From positions 4,696 through 68,695 of the forward strand of contig JAUYNL010000046.1 of assembly GCA_030696085.1 (NCBI GenBank): a stretch of DNA of 64,000 nt, given 5' to 3'. This DNA is from Luteolibacter sp. Lineage in GTDB: Bacteria > Verrucomicrobiota > Verrucomicrobiia > Verrucomicrobiales > Akkermansiaceae. Below, piece after piece: positions 47,393-58,238 of this stretch (position 1 is the first letter of the stretch; the number at the start of each line of letters is the position of its first letter). Both the position numbers and the translations under genes were made by a program. The notes under the pieces are model-generated. The model was not told the DNA's origin. It saw nothing but the letters and a program-made list of their open reading frames with translations, and did no database searches.

Positions 47393-49311
47393 CGGGCGGC
47401 GGCGGCGAGCGGCGTTGGCAGCGGCTCGGTGGGTTGCAGGTTCATATAAGCGGCGGCTCGTGCGGCAATGCGGCCGAAGGCGGGCGCGGCGATGGTGCCG
47501 CCGTAGCGCGAAACCTTGGTGGTGCGCGGATCGTCGATGACGACGATGGCGACAAAGGCCGGATCATGGGCGGGCAACATGCCGGCGAAGGAAACAGTAT
47601 AGCTGTTGGCAAGATAGCCGCGGCCGTTCGGGTTGTGTTTCTTGGCGGTTCCGGTCTTGCCCGCGACCTTGTATCCCGGGACGGCGGCGAGCGTGGCGGT
47701 GCCGCCCGCTTCGGTGACCTTGCTCAGGGCCTCGCGCATCTTTCTCGCGGTCTCCGGCTTGAGCACCTGGCGGACGACTTCCGGCGGATAGGTCTCGATG
47801 ATGGTGCCATCATTGGCGACGAGCGACTTGACGATCCGGGGCTTGAGCAGCTTGCCATCGCCGGCGATCACCGAGTAGGCGCAGGCCATTTGCAGCGGGG
47901 TGACGTTGAGCGCATACCCATAACTGGCGCGGGAGAAATCCACGGCGTTGCCGGTGTTGCGGGCGATGCCGGAGCTTTCGCCGCCGAGCAGCACGCCGGT
48001 CTTCCGGCCGAAGCCCCAGCGCTCGGTGTATTCATAGAAACGCTTCGCGCCGAGCTGGCGGGCGAACTTGTAGGCGCCGATGTTGCTGGATTTGATCAAC
48101 ACGCCTTCGAGCGTCAGATTGCCATACGGATGGTGGTCGGGGACCTGGATCTTGCCCTCGGAGTAGTTGCCGTTGTGGCAGAAAACCGAGGTGAACGGGG
48201 TGGCGACGCCCTCGTTCAACACGCCGGAGGTGGCCACGATCTTGAAGGTCGAACCCGGTTCGTAAATCGCCTGGATGGCGAAGTTGAAACCGTTTTCCGC
48301 GACATTCTGCTTGTGGTTCAGATCGAAGTGCGGGCGGCTGGCCATGGCGAGGATCTCTCCGGTTTTCGGATCCATCAGGACCACCGCGCCTCTAACCGAC
48401 TCGAATTCCTCAAGGCAGGCGTCCATTTCCTCCTCGATGATCGCCTGCAGGCCCATGTCGATGGTGAGCTGCACGTTGAGGCCGGCGCGGGGCGGCAGCA
48501 GGCTGGAGGAGGTTCCGGGAACGACCAGTCCGCGGGCGTCACGACAGTGCTCGCGCCAGCCGTCGCGGCCGGCAAGGTATTCCTCCATCGAGGCTTCCAC
48601 CCCGAAACGCCCGACCACGCGGGTCTCGGTCTTGCCCTCTTCGGTGGTCTCCTCGACTTCTCCGGTGAAACCTAGCAGGTGGGTGGCGAGATTGGGCGCG
48701 GTGTACCAGCGCTTGATCGTGTTCTGGAATTCGAAGCCCTGGATCCAGTGTTGATCCACCGCTTCGCGCAGATTGTCGGCCACGTCTTCTGGCAGTTCCT
48801 TGGCGATGGTTACCCACTTGCCCTTGCTGGATTGGATTTTCTCGCGGAGTTCCTCGCGGCGCAAGCCGAGCGGACGGGCGAGCACGCCGACGGCATAGGC
48901 GAGATGCTTGCGGACGATGGTTTCCGCAGGCTCGCGGTTGAGGATATCCCCGCGCAGGCTGCTGATGCGGCGGCGGCGGGCGGCATCGTCCAGCTCGTTC
49001 CAGCCGGCTTCCGCGCTGGCTTCCTGATAGGCGAGGCCATAGGCGGCGAGCTTGGGATCCAACAAGTGGTTCTTGTCCACGAACACGGTGGAAACCGGAA
49101 TGCTCCTGGCCAGCGCCTCCTCCCGGCGGTCCACGATCATGCCACGCAGCGCGGGGAGTTTTTCGGTGCGGTGATAGGCCTTGCGCGAGCTCTCCGCATA
49201 TCGCTGCCGGTCCACCAACTGGATTTGCACCAATCTCCCTGAAAGCACACTGAGCCCGATCACCAGGATCGAGCACAGAATGATGCAGCGGTTTTGAAAC
49301 GAGGACTTCAC
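47389..49311 (-). CDS. ftsI: penicillin-binding protein 2/3 family D,D-transpeptidase (division PBP)
   Basis: N-terminal TM anchor, PBP dimerisation region, YEPGSTFKIV (SxxK), KSSN (SxN), GKTGTAKK (KTG). GTG start. Confidence 0.9.
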   Translation of the reverse strand: MKSSFQNRCIILCSILVIGLSVLSGRLVQIQLVDRQRYAESSRKAYHRTEKLPALRGMIVDRREEALARSIPVSTVFVDKNHLLDPKLAAYGLAYQEASAEAGWNELDDAARRRRISSLRGDILNREPAETIVRKHLAYAVGVLARPLGLRREELREKIQSSKGKWVTIAKELPEDVADNLREAVDQHWIQGFEFQNTIKRWYTAPNLATHLLGFTGEVEETTEEGKTETRVVGRFGVEASMEEYLAGRDGWREHCRDARGLVVPGTSSSLLPPRAGLNVQLTIDMGLQAIIEEEMDACLEEFESVRGAVVLMDPKTGEILAMASRPHFDLNHKQNVAENGFNFAIQAIYEPGSTFKIVATSGVLNEGVATPFTSVFCHNGNYSEGKIQVPDHHPYGNLTLEGVLIKSSNIGAYKFARQLGAKRFYEYTERWGFGRKTGVLLGGESSGIARNTGNAVDFSRASYGYALNVTPLQMACAYSVIAGDGKLLKPRIVKSLVANDGTIIETYPPEVVRQVLKPETARKMREALSKVTEAGGTATLAAVPGYKVAGKTGTAKKHNPNGRGYLANSYTVSFAGMLPAHDPAFVAIVVIDDPRTTKVSRYGGTIAAPAFGRIAARAAAYMNLQPTEPLPTPLAAAAR

Positions 49312-49314
49312 TGG

Positions 49315-49656
49315 CTATGGAGCGGCGGACGCGACACTACGGCGGTGTGTCGGCGCGGGATCAATCTCTTCAACGACGGCGAGGGAGATCGGACGTAGTT
49401 TTGATCCGTTCTCCTCGAGTTGCTTGCGGATGACGAAGCGGTTGAGGAGTTGGTCCATCCGCATTTCGGTGGTGCGGATTTCCAGGCGGCAGTGTTCGAC
49501 GCGGCGGTCGATCGCATCGATTTCCCGCCGAACTTGAATCTGGCGGTTCTTATAAAAGACATGGAGCACGCCGCCGGCCGCCATGATCGCGAAGGCGAGG
49601 ATGACGGAGAAAATCACGGACGGGGGCGTCCGAACCTGATCACGGCGACGGTTCAT
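49315..49656 (-). CDS. ftsL: FtsL-like cell division protein
   Basis: 113 aa. A single TM helix (VIFSVILAFAIMAAGGVLHVF) is followed by a coiled-coil-like segment. It sits between rsmH and ftsI, with an ATGA overlap to rsmH. Confidence 0.65.
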   Translation of the reverse strand: MNRRRDQVRTPPSVIFSVILAFAIMAAGGVLHVFYKNRQIQVRREIDAIDRRVEHCRLEIRTTEMRMDQLLNRFVIRKQLEENGSKLRPISLAVVEEIDPAPTHRRSVASAAP

Positions 49657-50627
49657 GAGGTGGGGTCCAAAAGGCGTGCGACCCGCAGTTTGGCACTGCG
49701 GGCTCGCGGGTTGCGGGTTGTTTCCTCAGCACTGGGGAAGATGGCCTTGCGGGCGAGAAGCTGGAATTGGAAATCCGGATTCGGTCGGGGTTCCGGCCAG
49801 CCAGGGTCATCGATGAATGCGGTGGACCGGTGCCGGAGGAAACGCTTGACCATGCGGTCCTCCAGGCTGTGGAAGGTGATTACCAGCAAACGCCCGCCCG
49901 GTTTGAGGACGGAAGGTGCGACGGCCAGCGCGGCGGCCAGAGATTCGAGCTCCTCGTTGACCGCCATGCGGATGGCTTGGAATGCGCGGGTCGCCGGATG
50001 GGTGCGGCCATGGCGGCCGACGGCGGCTTCGATGCAGGCGGCGAGCTCGGTGGTGGTCGCGAATTTTCCGAGAGCCCGTTGTTTCACGATGGCTGCGGCG
50101 ATGCGCCGGGATCTGGGTTCCTCGCCAAATTCGAAAAAGATGCGGGCCAGATCCGCCTCGTTCCATTCATTGACGATTTCCGCAGCGGTGTGCGGGCTGG
50201 AAGGACCCATCCGCATGTCGAGCGGTCCCTCGCGCATGAAGGAAAACCCGCGGACCGCCGAATCGAGCTGGCGGGAAGAGACTCCCAGATCGAGCAGGAG
50301 CCCGTCGGCGCGCCCACCCTGCTGGATCGCCGGAATTTCACTCACTCGTGAAAAATTTCCCTCCCATGTGGAAAAACGTCCGCCGAACTCACCGAGCCGT
50401 TCGCGCGCGTGCGCAAGGGCCTCCGGATCGCGGTCGATGCCGAGCACCGAAGCGCCAGCCTTAAGAAAAATTTCGCTGTGACCGCCGCCGCCGAGAGTGC
50501 CATCGATGATGAATTTGCCCGCCGCAGGCTCCATCCATCCGGCAATTTCCGCCGGAAAAACCGGCAGATGATAGCGCCCGTCTGGTGCCGCTTCTTCAGA
50601 AAAACCGGCGGGGGCCTGCGCCGACAA
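49653..50627 (-). CDS. rsmH: 16S rRNA (cytosine1402-N4)-methyltransferase
   Basis: YHLPVFPAEIAGW..., IIDGTLGGGGHSE, LLDLGVSSRQLD, GFSFMREGPLDMRM, AIRMAVNEEL, ITFHSLEDRMVK, NPRARSAKLRV. There is no ATG near the conserved N-terminus. I place the start at the in-frame TTG 50627. The ORF stays open to 51338. Confidence 0.85.
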   Translation of the reverse strand: MSAQAPAGFSEEAAPDGRYHLPVFPAEIAGWMEPAAGKFIIDGTLGGGGHSEIFLKAGASVLGIDRDPEALAHARERLGEFGGRFSTWEGNFSRVSEIPAIQQGGRADGLLLDLGVSSRQLDSAVRGFSFMREGPLDMRMGPSSPHTAAEIVNEWNEADLARIFFEFGEEPRSRRIAAAIVKQRALGKFATTTELAACIEAAVGRHGRTHPATRAFQAIRMAVNEELESLAAALAVAPSVLKPGGRLLVITFHSLEDRMVKRFLRHRSTAFIDDPGWPEPRPNPDFQFQLLARKAIFPSAEETTRNPRARSAKLRVARLLDPTS

Positions 50628-51113
50628 CCAGCCAGAAGCGGCGCAGGCACCCGTAGTTTCGACAAGACACCGTGCTGTCCCGAGTCCGGTGTCCTGCGTT
50701 ATTTCAGAAAATCCCGATGGCCGCGCAAACAACACACCTGAAGCGGCGCGAACCATCGTCTGGAGCTGCGGAAAAAGCCCCGTCCCGGGGAGTTCTCCGC
50801 GCCCAACCATGAAAGTCACCGGACGCCGCGCCGACAACCAGCCAGAAGCGGTGCGGACGTCCGTGGATTTGACAAAACGCCGTGCTGTCCCGAGCCCGGC
50901 GTTTCTTCTGTCAGGGAAAATTTGCGATGGCCGCGCGAACAACCAGCCGGAAGCCGCGCGGACCATCGTTTCAAATGACGAAAGAAGTTCTGTCCCGAGA
51001 GACTTCTTGCGCCCAGCCATGAAAACCGGCGAACGCCGCACCGACAACCAGCCAGGAGCGGTGCGGACGTTCGTGTTCCTGACAAGACCCGGTGCTGTCC
51101 CGAGCGCAGGGTC
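50614..51113. repeat. array of ten imperfect hairpins (about 2.5 copies of a ~210-bp unit built from ~105-bp sub-units) between mraZ and rsmH
   Basis: A-type hairpins are at 50614-50648, 50715-50758, 50821-50862, 50925-50968 and 51030-51073, with loop consensus ACAACCAGCCRGRAG. B-type hairpins are at 50666-50693, 50768-50800, 50875-50904, 50983-51007 and 51086-51113, with loop core GTCCCG (TGCTGTCCCGAG in three of them). Stem sequences differ between copies but remain complementary. Confidence 0.85.
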
Positions 51114-51252
51114 CTGTATTTTGGAAAAAAGGAATCCCAACTCCGGAGCCTGGGCGACGACGGCCGGAGCCGCCGGTATGCGGACCGCCTCAAGCGCCAG
51201 AGTTGGTGGGGTGAACAACATTGCTGCTGTTGGGTGTGTCGTGGGTGAGTGG

Positions 51253-51705
51253 TTAGAAAATACCGAGGTCGTCGTCTTCCTCCTGGCCCATTTCGATGGC
51301 CAGCTTGGTGTCGAAGTTCGTTTTGGACCAAATTTCAAAGTGCAGGCCGCGCCCGGCGAGCATCACATCGGACTCGGCGGCGATGCCGGCCATTTCACTG
51401 AGATCTTTGGGAACAAGCAGCTTTCCCTGTTCATTGAGAGCGGTTTCACGGGAAAGCATCGCCAGCTTGCCAAGGGTCTTGTTCTTTTCCGCAGGGGTTT
51501 TTTCACTGTTCTTGATGAGCTCCACCCGTTCGTCATAGGCGGCTTGGCTCAGGACCTTCACGACCGGCATGTCGTGCTCCTTGGAGAACAACAAATACAA
51601 CGAGGCTCCAGCTTCCGGCCGCCAAGCACTTGGGACGGAAACCCGAAACTTCGGGTCCATCTTGAAGGGCTTGAATCCCTTGTAGGGCTGGTGGGTGTTG
51701 CTCAT
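51253..51705 (-). CDS. mraZ: division/cell wall cluster transcriptional regulator MraZ
   Basis: Two SpoVT/AbrB-like halves: KMDPKFRVSVPSAWR and NEQGKLLVPKDLSEMAGIAAESDVMLAGRGLHFEIWS. It is the first gene of the dcw cluster. Confidence 0.85.
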   Translation of the reverse strand: MSNTHQPYKGFKPFKMDPKFRVSVPSAWRPEAGASLYLLFSKEHDMPVVKVLSQAAYDERVELIKNSEKTPAEKNKTLGKLAMLSRETALNEQGKLLVPKDLSEMAGIAAESDVMLAGRGLHFEIWSKTNFDTKLAIEMGQEEDDDLGIF

Positions 51706-52109
51706 CTGAAAGCACTAACGGTCGCGTCAGTGTTCGGAAAGTACACTAAAACACACTCAGCCAGCAAGATTTATTTGGCGGAAACTAAATAAAATTTTTA
51801 AGAACTGGCAATCAACGAGTTGCGCTCATGGAAAACTGCAAATCGCCAATTTTCAATCGACCAAATTCACGGCATTGGCGATATTTTTGAATAAACTCCA
51901 TCCTTTTCTGAGGCGTTTTTGGCACTTTCCGGGGTCGGTGTACCAAAAAACTTCAAAAATACAGCAAGGTGTACTATGGCTGGACTTTTCAACTACGAAC
52001 TCGTGGAAAATCACCGAAAAATTCCGCAAACCGCCATCGGCTCCTGAAATTTCGCCCTTCCCCCACCCCGCTGGATTTGATCGCCCCAATCCATGGTGAT
52101 CCGGACGAC

Positions 52110-52144
52110 CCCAAAACAAGACCAATAGGCCGCACAATGCGGCC
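52110..52144 (-). terminator. rho-independent terminator-like hairpin downstream of the DUF465 gene
   Basis: On the minus strand, GGCCGCA-TTG-TGCGGCC (52128-52144) is followed by TATTGGTCTTGTTTTGG. Confidence 0.5.
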
Positions 52145-52198
52145 TTGATCCCATCTCGGTCCGGCGAAGGTCTCCCTGCCACCGCGTTTTACCACACT

Positions 52199-52450
52199 TC
52201 AGGCCTTGGCGATTTCCGCGCGCAGGGCTTGGTAAATCTGGTCTTTCAGGGCAGCCCGCTCGAATTTCATGCGTTCGATCTCCAGATCGGATATCGGCGA
52301 CTGCCGCTCCTCAAGCTGGCGGATTTCGTCGTCAATATAATCGTGCTTGGCGACCAACGAATCGAAGGAGGCATCGGTGGCGCGGAGCGCGTCCAACATG
52401 CGGCGATATTCGGGAAACTCGTGACTGATGTCGTGATGTTCGGAGAGCAT
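52199..52450 (-). CDS. DUF465 (YdcH-like) family protein
   Basis: Only the last 83 aa of track ORF 52199..52936 look genuine: MLSEHHDISHEFPEYRRMLDALRATDASFDSLVAKHDYIDDEIRQLEERQSPISDLEIERMKFERAALKDQIY. Confidence 0.75.
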   Translation of the reverse strand: MLSEHHDISHEFPEYRRMLDALRATDASFDSLVAKHDYIDDEIRQLEERQSPISDLEIERMKFERAALKDQIYQALRAEIAKA

Positions 52451-52597
52451 GATCAGGTTTTCTATGGTTGGTGTGAAATGTGCCGGATTCTGGACAAACA
52501 GGAGCGGTGATGGCCAGCGCAAAAGAAGCGATTTCGCGGAGTCCGGAGCGGTGTGTTCCGGGCGATGCTGTGAATTTTTGGAAACCGCTCTTGTCCG

Positions 52598-53398
52598 ATG
52601 GCGCCCGCCCGCCATACGGTCGCGCAACCTTTTGCAGGCGTGTCTCATTCTTCTCCCAAATCTCATGTCCTTGGTGTCCTGCCCGCGCGCTGGGGCTCCA
52701 CCCGCTTCCCCGGCAAGCCGCTCCATCTCATCGCCGGAAAACCCCTGATCCAGCATGTTTGGGAGCGCTGCGGGCAGTGTGGACGCCTCGACGAAATCCT
52801 TGTCGCCACCGATGACGAACGCATCTTCAGAACGGTGGAAGCCTTCGGCGGAAAAGCCGTGATGACCTCCGCGCAACACCCGACCGGCACCGACCGCATC
52901 GCCGAGGCCCTGCGCGCCGTGCCGCAGGCCAGCCACATCGTCAACATCCAGGGCGACGAGCCGCTCATCGATCCGGCATTGATCGACCAGCTCGCGGACA
53001 TCATGACCACCGATCCCTCTCTGGACATGGCCACCGCCGCCAATCCGCTCGATCCCGCGGATCCTGCGGTGAGCGATCCGAACGTGGTGAAAGTCGTCAT
53101 CGCGCTCGATGGCAGGGCCTTGTATTTCTCACGCTCTCCGCTGCCGTTTTTCCGCAATCACGCCGCCGGACTGCCGGTGCTGCGCCACAAGGGCATCTAT
53201 GCCTACAGCCGCGGCTTCCTCGAACGTTTCGTCACCTGGCCGCCCTCACCCCTGGAACAAGCCGAGTCGCTCGAACAACTCCGTGCGCTGGAAAACGGCG
53301 CCTCCATCAAGGTCATCCTCACGAACGACACCTCGCCCGGCGTCGATACTCCCGAACAAGCCCGCGAAATCGAACGACTTCTAGCCGCTGAAAACTGA
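52598..53398 (+). CDS. kdsB: 3-deoxy-manno-octulosonate cytidylyltransferase
   Basis: VLPARWGSTRFPGKPL, ATDDERI, TGTDRIAEA, NIQGDEPLIDP, EQLRALENG. Confidence 0.9.
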   Translation: MAPARHTVAQPFAGVSHSSPKSHVLGVLPARWGSTRFPGKPLHLIAGKPLIQHVWERCGQCGRLDEILVATDDERIFRTVEAFGGKAVMTSAQHPTGTDRIAEALRAVPQASHIVNIQGDEPLIDPALIDQLADIMTTDPSLDMATAANPLDPADPAVSDPNVVKVVIALDGRALYFSRSPLPFFRNHAAGLPVLRHKGIYAYSRGFLERFVTWPPSPLEQAESLEQLRALENGASIKVILTNDTSPGVDTPEQAREIERLLAAEN

Positions 53399-53422
53399 AC
53401 ACTCCAAACAAACAAACTTCCC

Positions 53423-55042
<1,620 letters not shown>

Positions 55043-55050
55043 AGCGCGGT

Positions 55051-56124
55051 TCATCCTTCAAAGACGCCGCCGCCGAGGAGCCGGCCGCCCTCGTAAAAGG
55101 CGCAGATCTGGCCAGGTGCGATCGCGCGCTGCGGGCGCTGGAATTCCAGGCGGACTCGCCCGCCGCCGAGCGGCAGCATGAGCGCCGGTTCCGCCTTCGC
55201 CCGATAGCGCGGTTGGGCCTCGACCAGGCGTTTTGAATCGAACGCTTCGTTGAGCGCCGAGAGGCTGCCAACGCTGCATTCGCGGGTGTAAAGCCCCTCC
55301 GCATCCGGGCGGTCCCAGCCGACGATGAGGCGGTTTTTCTCCGGATCCTTGCCGACCACGACATAGGCCATGCCCTCGCGCGGCGATGCGACGCCGTGGC
55401 CCTTGCGCTGGCCCAGTGTGTAAAGATGCAGCCCTTGATGCGTGCCGAGCACCCTGCCTTCGGGATCGACGATTTTGCCCGGTGAATCCGGCAGATAATG
55501 GCGGAGGAAATCGCTCATCTTCACCTGGCCGAGAAAACAAATGCCCTGGCTGTCCTTTTTTTCCGCGACGGGAAGCTGGAAGCGCCGGGCGACCTCGCGC
55601 ACCTCGGGCTTGAGCATCTCACCGGTGGGAAACAGCGCATGCGCCGCCTGCCATTGGGTCATCAGCGAGAGGAAATAACTCTGGTCCTTGTTCGGATCCG
55701 CACCGCGCAGGATGCCGGCGGAGCCATCGGATAGATACCGCAGCCGCGCGTAGTGGCCGGTACCCACGGACTCGAATCCCTGCGCCAGAGCGTAATCGAG
55801 AAAGATGCCGAACTTCATCTCCCGGTTGCACCAGACGTCCGGATTGGGCGTAATGCCGGAACGGTAGCCTTCGACGAGGTAATCAACGATGTGCTCGCGA
55901 TACGCGTCGATCAGATCGATCACCCGGAACTCGATGCCCAGCGTTCTGGCGACGGCGCGGGCATCCTCGATGTCCTGTTCCCACGGGCAATCGCCGGGAA
56001 TGCCCTCGTCATTGATCCAGTTCTTCATGTAGCCGGCGGCCACTTCGTGCCCCTGCTCCACCAGCAACGCGGCGGCCACCGCGCTGTCCACGCCGCCTGA
56101 GAGTCCCACCAGCACCTTCGCCAT
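55051..56124 (-). CDS. mnmA: tRNA 2-thiouridine(34) synthase
   Basis: VLVGLSGGVDSAVAAALL (PP-loop SGGxDS), TPNPDVWCN, TGHYAR, DQSYFL, KDSQGICF. Confidence 0.93.
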   Translation of the reverse strand: MAKVLVGLSGGVDSAVAAALLVEQGHEVAAGYMKNWINDEGIPGDCPWEQDIEDARAVARTLGIEFRVIDLIDAYREHIVDYLVEGYRSGITPNPDVWCNREMKFGIFLDYALAQGFESVGTGHYARLRYLSDGSAGILRGADPNKDQSYFLSLMTQWQAAHALFPTGEMLKPEVREVARRFQLPVAEKKDSQGICFLGQVKMSDFLRHYLPDSPGKIVDPEGRVLGTHQGLHLYTLGQRKGHGVASPREGMAYVVVGKDPEKNRLIVGWDRPDAEGLYTRECSVGSLSALNEAFDSKRLVEAQPRYRAKAEPALMLPLGGGRVRLEFQRPQRAIAPGQICAFYEGGRLLGGGVFEG

Positions 56125-56393
56125 GCCGGGAGCTTGAGCCAGGACCGTGGCGGCGTCGAAAACAAATCACTGCCAATGAAGCGCGGACTTCAGACAACGT
56201 TTTTCATCGCGCGGCTTTGGAGGCGTTTCGTGCGTAAGACGACCGATCAGGCGATTCCGCGCCGGTGACAAGTACGCCCACAGGCCGAATCGCGCCTTGC
56301 CACCCGCGAAAAAACCCGCCATAGCCCCGCCCCCGGCGGCTTAAGTAGTCGCCGATGGTCACAGACCGCCGCCACATTCCAAATCATCACTCC

Positions 56394-58238
56394 ATGTCCC
56401 TGAAGATCCGCAATCTCGCCATCATCGCCCACGTTGACCACGGCAAAACCACGCTCGTCGACCAACTCCTCCAGGCCGGTGGCACCTACCGTGAAAACCA
56501 GGCCACCACCGAGCGGGCGATGGACTCGATGGACCTCGAGCGCGAAAAGGGCATCACCATCAAGGCCAAAAACACCGCCATTCTCTGGAACGGCTACACT
56601 ATCAACATCGTCGATACTCCAGGCCACGCCGACTTCGGCGCGGAGGTGGAACGTGTGATGAAAATGGTCGATGGCGTGCTGCTCGTCGTCGATGCCTCCG
56701 GCGGCCCGCAGGCGCAAACCCGCTTCGTGCTGCGCAAGGCGATGCAGGAGGGCCTCAAGCCGATCGTCGTCATCAACAAGATCGACCGTCCGCTCGCCGA
56801 TCCGCTCAAGGTTCACGACCAGGTGCTCGAACTCTTCCTCGACCTCGATGCCGATGAGGAACAATTCAACGCCCCGTTCTGTTATGGTTCCGCCCGCGAC
56901 GGTTATTTCATGAATCATCCGGACGACGAACGGAAAGACTGCATCCCGCTTCTCGAAAAAATCGTCAAATACATCCCGGAGCCGAAAGCCGATCCGGCGG
57001 CGCCGTTTTCCATGCTCGTTTCCAACATCGAGTGGGACGACTACGTCGGCCGCGTCGCCATCGGCAAGGTGCTTGGTGGCAGCGTCACCAAGGGCGATAC
57101 GATCTGGCTGCTCCGCAAGGACGGCACCAAACAACAATCGAAGGTAATGAAAACCTTCACCTATTCCGGCCTCGCCACGGCGGACTCCGAAGGCTGCGGC
57201 GCGGGCGGCATCGTCGGCATCGCCGCCGGCATTGAAAACATCGACATCGGCGAGACCCTCGCCGCCAACAGTGACATGGAGGCGCTTCCCTTCGTTGCCA
57301 TCGATCCGCCAACGGTTTCGATGCAGTTCTCCATCAACGATGGCCCGCTGGCAGGCAAGGAAGGCAAACACGTCACGTCCCGCGCCATCCGCGACCGCCT
57401 GATGCGCGAGTTGAAAACCAACATCTCGATCCAGGTGGAGGACACCGATCTGTCAGGCGTATTCAATGTTTCCGCCCGCGGAGCCATGCAGATCGCCGTG
57501 CTCGTCGAGCAAATGCGCCGCGAGGGATTCGAGGTGCTGGTTTCCCGGCCGGTGGTGATTTTCCGCCGCGACGACGCGGGCAAGCTGCTCGAGCCCTTCG
57601 AAACGCTTTATGTCGAAGCTCCGGGCGACTACACTCAGGGCATTCTCAAGATCATGATGAACCGCAAGGGCATCATGGAGCACATGGACACCGAACCGAG
57701 CGGCCGCACCTTCATCCAGGCTGTCATCCCCACCCGCGGCCTGATCGGTTTCGAAACCGAGCTCGTCAACCTGACGTCCGGCCATGGCATCATGAGTCAC
57801 CTTTTCAAGGAATACGGCCCGCACGCCGGCGAGATCCAGAACCGCACCACCGGCACGCTCGTTTCGATGGATTCCGGAGTGGCCACACCCTACTCGCTGC
57901 AAATGCTCGAAGACCGCGGCATCCTGTTTGTCGCTCCCGGCGATGCGGTTTACGGCGGCATGCTCGTTGGTGAAAACCCGCGCGTCGGCGATCTTCCCGT
58001 GAACCCGGTGAAGGAAAAGCACCTCGACAACATGCGCTCCTCCGGCAAGGACAAGACCTCCAAACTCACGCCAGCCGTGCGCTTCTCACTGGAACGCGCC
58101 ATCGAATACATCGACATCGACGAACTCGTCGAAGCCACGCCGAAGAACATCCGCCTGCGCAAGCGCGTGCTCGATGCGAACGCCCGCAAGCGCGCCGCCA
58201 AGGGAGCCACCGTCGAGGATCGCAGCAACCGCGGCTGA
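56394..58238 (+). CDS. typA: translational GTPase TypA/BipA
   Basis: Start re-picked to ATG 56394: [26 protein letters not shown] (G1), [19 protein letters not shown], and a BipA-specific C-terminal domain. Confidence 0.95.
   Translation: MSLKIRNLAIIAHVDHGKTTLVDQLLQAGGTYRENQATTERAMDSMDLEREKGITIKAKNTAILWNGYTINIVDTPGHADFGAEVERVMKMVDGVLLVVDASGGPQAQTRFVLRKAMQEGLKPIVVINKIDRPLADPLKVHDQVLELFLDLDADEEQFNAPFCYGSARDGYFMNHPDDERKDCIPLLEKIVKYIPEPKADPAAPFSMLVSNIEWDDYVGRVAIGKVLGGSVTKGDTIWLLRKDGTKQQSKVMKTFTYSGLATADSEGCGAGGIVGIAAGIENIDIGETLAANSDMEALPFVAIDPPTVSMQFSINDGPLAGKEGKHVTSRAIRDRLMRELKTNISIQVEDTDLSGVFNVSARGAMQIAVLVEQMRREGFEVLVSRPVVIFRRDDAGKLLEPFETLYVEAPGDYTQGILKIMMNRKGIMEHMDTEPSGRTFIQAVIPTRGLIGFETELVNLTSGHGIMSHLFKEYGPHAGEIQNRTTGTLVSMDSGVATPYSLQMLEDRGILFVAPGDAVYGGMLVGENPRVGDLPVNPVKEKHLDNMRSSGKDKTSKLTPAVRFSLERAIEYIDIDELVEATPKNIRLRKRVLDANARKRAAKGATVEDRSNRG

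Noticed and set aside
50614-51113. Possibility that the repeat array is a CRISPR locus
   Set aside because: There is no alternation of a constant repeat with unique spacers. The whole ~105/210-bp unit is repeated, including the spacer parts. The units are imperfect, and no cas genes are present in the window.
50689-51792. 367-aa plus-strand ORF spanning the hairpin array and the antisense of mraZ
   Set aside because: It is open only because the repeat unit lacks stops in several frames. It overlaps the well-supported mraZ on the opposite strand. Its composition is repetitive Arg/Ala/Pro-rich.
51853-52182. 109-aa minus-strand ORF in the spacer upstream of mraZ
   Set aside because: It has no recognisable motif. 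It spans the terminator hairpin of the DUF465 gene and an AT-richer non-coding-looking leader. It is probably not a gene.
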